A stretch of DNA of 64,000 bases from a virus. Each line of letters opens with the position of its first letter. Positions within the stretch are counted from its first letter, which is position 1. Below are positions 57,849 through 64,000 of the stretch, one piece after another. Where the stretch lies: positions 26,936 through 90,935 of IMG/VR virus record IMGVR_UViG_3300035698_010466; one strand, 5' to 3'. Position numbers and translations under genes: made by a program. Under the pieces are notes generated by a model. It was given only the letters and a program-made list of their open reading frames with translations. It was not told the origin of the DNA and ran no database searches.

Positions 57849-60800
57849 ATGGAGGATATAATCGAGGAAATAGTAACAAAAACAGAAACAAACTTCAACA
57901 ACGAATTTAGCAAAGAGATTTATGAACAGACATATAAATTTGGTAATGAGAATATAAACATAACACTAAATAGAATAGCAAAAACATTAGCAGAAAATGA
58001 AAAAGATTCTGAAAAATGGACATCGAAATTTTTAGATCTATTAACAGATTTTAAATTCGTACCAGGCGGTAGAATTATTTCAAATGCAGGAGTACCTCTA
58101 AAGGGCACAAGTATGATTAATTGTTTCGTTGATGGATTTATTGGAGAAGATCAAGATTCAATGGAAAGTATTTTAGATACATTAAGGCGACAAGCATTAA
58201 TATTAAAATCAGAAGGCGGTTATGGATTTTGTGCTAATGTGATGAGACCACGTGGGGCTTTTATTAGAGGTATTGGAAATGAATCACCAGGCTCAATTAA
58301 AATGTTAGATATGTGGAATACACAGTCTGAAGTAATAACTGAAGGAAGTGGTAAAAAACCAAAAAGAGAAGATAGCAAAATTAAAATTCGTAAAGGTGCT
58401 CAACTTTGCACTTTATCGTGCTGGCATCCTGACATTGAAGAATTTATAACTGCAAAACAAACCTCCGGTAGATTAACAAAATTTAACATGTCGGTATTAA
58501 TTACTGATGCGTTCATGGATGCTGTTAAAAATAATAAATCTTGGGCTTTAGAATTTCCTGATTATGAATATTCTGATCAACCTCCTTTCGAATCTTCTGA
58601 AAAATATCCCCCTTTAGCTATTCACGTTGCACAACAATGGTCAAAGGAGATGATAAAAATCGCATATAAAGAAGAATGGGATGGTGATTTAAAAAAATGG
58701 AAAGCAAAAGGATTACCTACACAGATTTATAAAACCTTTGAAAATGCAAATGAGTTATGGGATCTTATAATGACCTCGACTTATAATAGAAATGAACCTG
58801 GTGTACTTTTCATTGATACAATTAATAAGCTAAATAACTTAAAATATATTGAATATATTAATGCTACTAATCCATGTGTTATTGGTGAAACTTTGGTATC
58901 AACTGATAAAGGCGATATCAGAATAGACGAGCTTGTAAAGCGATATAATGAAGGTGAGAGTTTTAATGCAACATCTTACAATATTGATACAAAAACTATC
59001 GAATTAAAAGAAGTGGAATTTGCACAAAAAACAAAAAAGAACACTAATGTAATTAAATTAGTTTTAGATAATGATGAAACATTAACTTTAACACCTGAGC
59101 ATAAAGTGTATACTGAAAATCGAGGTTGGATAAAAGCTTCACAGTTAAGTAATATTGATAATTTAATTGCAATTAATACAAAACCTAAAATTAAAAAAAT
59201 AGAAATTGTTGAAAATCAAGATGTGTATGATATTAGAGTTGCTGATAATCATAACTTCTTCGGTAACAATTTATTAATACATAATTGCGGAGAGCAGACA
59301 CTCCCAATCGGCGGCGTATGTTTATTAGGATCAATCAATTTAACACAATTCATTGATTACAAGAAAGAAAATTGGGATTATGCTAAACTTAAACAATACA
59401 TTCCAACAATTATAAGATTAATGGACAATGTCAATGATATTACATATGTGCCATTAGAATATCAAACTGAAAATTTAGTAAATAAAAGACGTATAGGTTT
59501 AGGTATAATGGGATATGGTTCTGCATTAATGATGTTAAAATTAAAGTATGGATCTAAAAAAGCTTTAAGATTAACTGATGAGTTAATGAATTTTATTGCT
59601 AATACTGCATATCAATCTTCTGCCTTATTATCAAAAGAAAAAGGATCATTCAAATTATATAATGAGAAAGAATATCTTTCGTCTGCTTTTATTAAACAAT
59701 CATTATCAAATGAAACTATTGGAATGATTAAAAAGAATGGCATAAGAAATTCACATCTCTTGTCAGTGCAGCCTACTGGTAATTCCGCGATCTTTGCTAA
59801 TAATGTATCAGGCGGTTTAGAACCTTTATTTATGACTGAATACATTCGAACCTCTATTATGCCATATTCTCCTGATGGATTAGATATTCCTAAAAATATC
59901 AATTGGGAAAGTAAAGAATATGAATCATCTAATGAATGGGATTGGATTAAAGAAGGTGATGAATCTTTACTATCAATATCATATGAAGGGTATATTTATA
60001 AGTTTGATAAAAGTCGTGGATTATTAAGAGAGACTTTAGTAGAAGATTATGCTGTACGTTATTTAAAATCAATTAATGAATATGATGAAGATGCTGATTA
60101 TGTAGCAACTACCATATCATTAGGTATTGATGAACATATTGATACATTGAAAGTAATATCAAAATATGTGGATAGTGCACTATCCAAAACTGTGAATTTG
60201 TCAAATGATTATCCTTATGAGGATTTTAAAAATCTTTATATGAAATTATATGATAGTCATACTGTTAAGGGATGTACTACTTATCGTGCAGGTACTATGA
60301 CAACGGTATTATCATTAAAAGATAAATCTGAGAATGATAATAAAAATATATTAGCTAAAACACATTCACCACGAAGGCCAAAAGTATTACCTTGTGACAT
60401 ACATCAATTACAAGTGTTAGGTGAACAATGGGTTGTGTTAGTTGGTTTATATGGAGATAAGAAAGATCCTTATGAAATATTTGCATTTAAGAAAAAGGAA
60501 ATAGGAATTTCTGCTTCTATTAAAGAAGGTTTATTAACGAAAGTTAAAAGTGGCCGATATGATTTAGACATTAATGGAGTTGTACTTGAAGATATCAAAA
60601 CTCATTTTGAAACACAAGAAGAGGAAGCGTTAACTCGTATGATATCAACTGCATTAAGACATGGAGCTGATATTAATTTTATCTTTGAACAATTACAAAA
60701 ATCTGAAGGTGCTATCATATCATTTTCTAAAGCGATTGCCAGGACTCTTAAGAAGTATATTAATGATGATGATTTTAAACCTGGCGATTGTGAAGTATGT

Positions 60801-60872
60801 GAAGGGAAAGGCACTTTGGTAAGACAAGAGGGCTGTTATATTTGTGTTGGATGTGGAGCATCGGCTTGTTAA
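57849..60872 (+). CDS. nrdJ: class II (B12-dependent) ribonucleotide reductase with intein
   Basis: PGGR, NCFV, EPGV, TNP|CGEQ, RRIGLG, QPTG, SKTVN, C-terminal Zn domain. Confidence 0.93.
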   Translation: MEDIIEEIVTKTETNFNNEFSKEIYEQTYKFGNENINITLNRIAKTLAENEKDSEKWTSKFLDLLTDFKFVPGGRIISNAGVPLKGTSMINCFVDGFIGEDQDSMESILDTLRRQALILKSEGGYGFCANVMRPRGAFIRGIGNESPGSIKMLDMWNTQSEVITEGSGKKPKREDSKIKIRKGAQLCTLSCWHPDIEEFITAKQTSGRLTKFNMSVLITDAFMDAVKNNKSWALEFPDYEYSDQPPFESSEKYPPLAIHVAQQWSKEMIKIAYKEEWDGDLKKWKAKGLPTQIYKTFENANELWDLIMTSTYNRNEPGVLFIDTINKLNNLKYIEYINATNPCVIGETLVSTDKGDIRIDELVKRYNEGESFNATSYNIDTKTIELKEVEFAQKTKKNTNVIKLVLDNDETLTLTPEHKVYTENRGWIKASQLSNIDNLIAINTKPKIKKIEIVENQDVYDIRVADNHNFFGNNLLIHNCGEQTLPIGGVCLLGSINLTQFIDYKKENWDYAKLKQYIPTIIRLMDNVNDITYVPLEYQTENLVNKRRIGLGIMGYGSALMMLKLKYGSKKALRLTDELMNFIANTAYQSSALLSKEKGSFKLYNEKEYLSSAFIKQSLSNETIGMIKKNGIRNSHLLSVQPTGNSAIFANNVSGGLEPLFMTEYIRTSIMPYSPDGLDIPKNINWESKEYESSNEWDWIKEGDESLLSISYEGYIYKFDKSRGLLRETLVEDYAVRYLKSINEYDEDADYVATTISLGIDEHIDTLKVISKYVDSALSKTVNLSNDYPYEDFKNLYMKLYDSHTVKGCTTYRAGTMTTVLSLKDKSENDNKNILAKTHSPRRPKVLPCDIHQLQVLGEQWVVLVGLYGDKKDPYEIFAFKKKEIGISASIKEGLLTKVKSGRYDLDINGVVLEDIKTHFETQEEEALTRMISTALRHGADINFIFEQLQKSEGAIISFSKAIARTLKKYINDDDFKPGDCEVCEGKGTLVRQEGCYICVGCGASAC
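58875..59285 (+). mobile_element. contiguous mini-intein (137 aa, no endonuclease) at the RNR active-site Cys
   Basis: CVIGETLV...LTPEHKV...VYDIRV..NHNFF..LIHN|C. Confidence 0.92.
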
Positions 60873-60897
60873 AATATATAATAAAAGATATCATTAA

Positions 60898-61569
60898 ATG
60901 AAGCATATAAAAAGTTACGATTCTTTTATTACAGAAGCTAATGTACTGAAAACAAAAGAAGTTGATATTAATCAATTTCCAAATCCTTTAGGTAACGCAT
61001 TAAAAAAACATTTCTTTAAGAAAGGTAAAATGGATGGCGATCCTAATGATGATATTGTTAAAGTAGAATGGGTAAAGATTCCTGCTAAAGACCTTAAACC
61101 ATCACAGAATACTATCTATATGGCTGAGAGTTTAGAGATGGCTAGTAGGAATGTGGCAGGAGGAGATCTAGGAACTATTATATCAAAAGATAATTACATT
61201 TTGGATGGACACCATCGTTGGGCTTCAACAATGTGGAATGATCCAAACCTAGAAATTGAAGGTTATAAAGCAGATCTAAACATTGGAGATCTTATTCCAG
61301 TTTTACGTGCTTATGGTGATGCTTTAGAGAATCCAAGAACCGATGTACCAGGAGGGCATCATGTTTCAATTTTCAGTGGGACTATTGAAGATGTTCATAA
61401 TATCTTAAATGGTGAAGGAATGGAAAAATTTAAAAGATTTGATAAAAAGAAAGCAAAGAAATTTCTAGAAATTAAAGGTGATGATTGGTTTAAGAAGATA
61501 CTTAAAATGTTTAAAAAGTATAAGCCACCTTTGAATGCATTACCTCGTAAAGATATGCCATCAAATTAA
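60898..61569 (+). CDS. ParB/Srx-like protein with capsid-targeting-like N-terminus (3' end probably error-truncated)
   Basis: MKHIKSYDSFITE; LKPSQ...ISKDNYILDGHHRW. Confidence 0.75.
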   Translation: MKHIKSYDSFITEANVLKTKEVDINQFPNPLGNALKKHFFKKGKMDGDPNDDIVKVEWVKIPAKDLKPSQNTIYMAESLEMASRNVAGGDLGTIISKDNYILDGHHRWASTMWNDPNLEIEGYKADLNIGDLIPVLRAYGDALENPRTDVPGGHHVSIFSGTIEDVHNILNGEGMEKFKRFDKKKAKKFLEIKGDDWFKKILKMFKKYKPPLNALPRKDMPSN

Positions 61570-61641
61570 AAGAAGAAAAGAAGACGAATAAAAAAGTAGC
61601 TAATTCCTTAAACAAAGGAGAAATTGATATAAGAAAACCAT

Positions 61642-62370
61642 ATGCGTAAACTAAAACATTTATTAGTATTATTGTTGATAACATTATCACTTAATACATT
61701 CGGACAATTACCAACAAACAGCTTTAATAGTGCAATATTAGGATTAAATGCAGATACTACCATAACCAACAATAATTGGGAATTCGGTGACAAGATCATT
61801 GTGACAACTATATTAGGTGATACATGTGGTATCCAATCATACGGTTATGTTAACGTGAGTGATTCAAGTGTATTAGGAGTCGGTTTAGCTATATTTGGAA
61901 ATATTCCAAATTATGAACACTTACCTTTAGAGGGTGATACTCTTATTTATAGCTTATATGATACTGTGTATAATGTAATCCGACCTTGTTTAAATATTTA
62001 CTGGAAAGATTCTGGATATAATCCTAACTCAAATACTTGGTATACTGTACATAATGGAAACACATATAAGCAAAATGGACTTTATGTACCGTATGCAATA
62101 ATATGGGATTACAATCCACCTGTGGTAATTTCAGAAGTATCTAACGAACACGTAATTACATATCCAAACCCAGCTGATAATTTTACTAATATCAGAGGAT
62201 TACATGATAGTGATATTCAAATATTTAATATGAATGGTTCAATGATATATCATACGATTAATCAATATGGTGTAATTGAAATACCAACGTATAATTGGGC
62301 CAATGGGGTATATATAATCAAAATAACAAATGAATCTAAGATCATTACAAATCAATTGATTATACAATAA
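61642..62370 (+). CDS. secreted protein with signal peptide and T9SS (Por) C-terminal sorting domain
   Basis: N-terminal signal ending TFG-Q; YPNPA...IQIFNMNG...NGVYIIKI...QLIIQ. Confidence 0.85.
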   Translation: MRKLKHLLVLLLITLSLNTFGQLPTNSFNSAILGLNADTTITNNNWEFGDKIIVTTILGDTCGIQSYGYVNVSDSSVLGVGLAIFGNIPNYEHLPLEGDTLIYSLYDTVYNVIRPCLNIYWKDSGYNPNSNTWYTVHNGNTYKQNGLYVPYAIIWDYNPPVVISEVSNEHVITYPNPADNFTNIRGLHDSDIQIFNMNGSMIYHTINQYGVIEIPTYNWANGVYIIKITNESKIITNQLIIQ

Positions 62371-62380
62371 AGATATAAGT

Positions 62381-63112
62381 ATGAAACACATCAAATTATT
62401 TGAAGAATTTATAGAAGAAGGATTTAATGATCCTAATATTCTTAAAGCATTTTTTATGGCAGGTGGTCCTGGTAGTGGCAAATCTTTCGTAGCAACAGAA
62501 TTATTTGGCTTTCCTAAAGATGTTGTATCATCAGTATCATATCATACAGGATTAAAGATTGTTAATTCTGATATTGCTTTTGAAAAATTAGCAAAAGATG
62601 GTGGATATGATATATCTAAACTAGGAGAGATTAAAAAAGATCAAAAGGAATGGGAGAAGATAATGGCAATTAGAAATAAAGCCAAAAGCATAACCAAAAA
62701 ACAAGAAAATAATTATCTCGAAGGAAGATTAGGATTAATCATAGATGGCACTGGTAAAGATTATGATAAGCTTAAAAAAGAAAAAGATCTTTTAGATATT
62801 TTAGGATATGATACTTACATGGTATTTGTTAATACATCATTAGACGTAGCACAAGAAAGAAATCAGAACCGTGCTAGAAAAGTACCTAAAGAATTTATAA
62901 AGGATGCGTTGATAAATGTACAAAATAATATTGGTAAATTCCAAAATCTATTTGGTAACAAAAATTTATTCATTGTCGATAATTCATCATATGATAATAA
63001 AGATGCATTAAATAAAGTAGAAAAACATTTAGCAAAACAACTTAAAGTGCCAATTCAGAATCAAATTGGTAAAAAGTGGTTATATGAAAATGATCCTAAG
63101 AATAAAAAATAA
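62381..63112 (+). CDS. zeta-toxin-like P-loop kinase with capsid-targeting-like N-terminus
   Basis: MKHIKLFEEFIEE; AGGPGSGKS, VNSD, IIDGTG, ERN..R.R. Confidence 0.8.
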   Translation: MKHIKLFEEFIEEGFNDPNILKAFFMAGGPGSGKSFVATELFGFPKDVVSSVSYHTGLKIVNSDIAFEKLAKDGGYDISKLGEIKKDQKEWEKIMAIRNKAKSITKKQENNYLEGRLGLIIDGTGKDYDKLKKEKDLLDILGYDTYMVFVNTSLDVAQERNQNRARKVPKEFIKDALINVQNNIGKFQNLFGNKNLFIVDNSSYDNKDALNKVEKHLAKQLKVPIQNQIGKKWLYENDPKNKK

Positions 63113-63114
63113 TC

Positions 63115-63288
63115 ATGGAAGATATTATTTGGGGTACTTTTGTAGAAACTGGTAAAATATCAAAAGATTATATAAGGTTAATCGCGAAGAAGATTAAATT
63201 TAATAAAGAACTATCAACTAAAGAACTATCTGTGTACAAAGAACATAGTCACGATATTGAAAATATTTTAAAAATGAATGAAAGATAA
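63115..63288 (+). CDS. small hypothetical protein (57 aa)
   Basis: Open frame MEDIIWGTFVETG... Confidence 0.5.
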   Translation: MEDIIWGTFVETGKISKDYIRLIAKKIKFNKELSTKELSVYKEHSHDIENILKMNER

Positions 63289-63348
63289 ACACCATCTTAT
63301 ATGGTCAGTTGGAGATATGTATCTTCCGATATATTATCAACCTTATAA

Positions 63349-64000
63349 ATATTAATTATTACTGGAGATATTAGTACTAATTCTTTATATCTTCCTGAAG
63401 TACAATCAAGAAACTCAGCTGAAAATTTTCCTACTGGTGGTATTATAGAAATTTGGGATGATTATGGATATTTAGGTGGTTCTATAAATATAAAGAAACA
63501 TCCAAATGATACTAATGTAACAATAAATGCTGCAAGTGATATTTTAACTTTTACTACTTCTACTACAAGAGCTAAGATAATATATTTAGGTAATGATTTA
63601 TTTGTTACTTTTGGCGCAGAATCATATTATGGCACTAAAGGCGCGCAAGGAACTCAAGGAATACAGGGTATTCAAGGAATATTCGGATCTCAAGGTATTC
63701 ATGGTATAATTGGTTCTCAAGGTACGCGAGGTACATCTGGAACACAGGGAAGTCAAGGTACATCTGGAACACTTGGTACACAAGGAACACAAGGTATTCA
63801 AGGAATAATCGGTTCTCAAGGAACACTTGGTACGCAAGGTATTCAAGGAATAATCGGTTCTCAAGGAACACATGGTACAACTGGAAGCCAAGGAACACAA
63901 GGTATTCAAGGAATAACTGGAAGCCAAGGAACACAAGGAACACAAGGTACAATTGGAAGCCAAGGAACACAAGGTATTCAAGGAATAACTGGAAGCCAAG
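63349..64000 (+). CDS. collagen-like (G-x-Q) fibre protein, runs off the window; start unresolved
   Basis: Continuous GTQ/GIQ/GSQ triplets from 63631 to the end; upstream frame blocked at 63346. Confidence 0.75.
   Translation, partial: MLIITGDISTNSLYLPEVQSRNSAENFPTGGIIEIWDDYGYLGGSINIKKHPNDTNVTINAASDILTFTTSTTRAKIIYLGNDLFVTFGAESYYGTKGAQGTQGIQGIQGIFGSQGIHGIIGSQGTRGTSGTQGSQGTSGTLGTQGTQGIQGIIGSQGTLGTQGIQGIIGSQGTHGTTGSQGTQGIQGITGSQGTQGTQGTIGSQGTQGIQGITGSQ

Noticed and set aside
25890-61600. Frameshifts near 25900, 31920-31950, 39200, 51990 and 61560 as programmed frameshifts or pseudogenes
   Set aside because: Most fall in A/T homopolymers or appear as scattered indels, typical of sequencing error; raw reads are needed
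62381-63112. Zeta toxin as a toxin-antitoxin module
   Set aside because: No evident epsilon antitoxin; the capsid-targeting-like N-terminus points to a virion kinase, substrate unknown
488-63999. Minus-strand ORFs, and ORFs overlapping tRNAs (e.g. 2908, 5615, 8333) or lying in shifted frames (12784, 52026)
   Set aside because: They are shadows of + strand genes, tRNAs or collagen repeats with no recognisable motifs

Overview
AT-rich segment of a jumbo, T4-distant bacteriophage genome; every supported feature lies on the + strand. The host is probably Bacteroidota (a protein with a T9SS C-terminal domain, no Shine-Dalgarno motifs, TAnnTTT-like promoters). Positions 1-10.3 kb form an RNA island: the 3' part of tmRNA, about 30 tRNA genes covering all 20 amino acids, a ~200-nt RNase P RNA, several aberrant tRNA-like RNAs, many stem-closed orphan RNAs, and GIY-YIG/HNH endonucleases. 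The strongest novel signal is at 1281-1490. An unannotated 34-codon ORF contains all 20 amino acids and a codon for each of the 26 decoding classes in the downstream array. It is followed by a terminator with a competing antiterminator, making it a candidate pan-tRNA attenuator. The array also holds three ACAGCAA-scaffold RNAs that present isolated anticodon loops (Ser-UGA, Lys-UUU) or a circularly permuted tRNA body. The rest of the window encodes topoisomerase II, nucleotide kinases, a dCMP-type TS paralog plus canonical ThyA, an ECF-like sigma factor, two glycan-synthesis clusters, an endolysin and three fractured genes (PhoH, ClpC, IMPDH/GMPR: split inteins flanking endonuclease genes). 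It also encodes NrdJ with a mini-intein, a CCA-adding enzyme, and eight proteins with a T4-like capsid-targeting N-terminus. Several single-base frameshifts and in-frame stops are most likely sequencing errors. All calls come from manual reading with no database searches; RNA boundaries may be off by a few nt.
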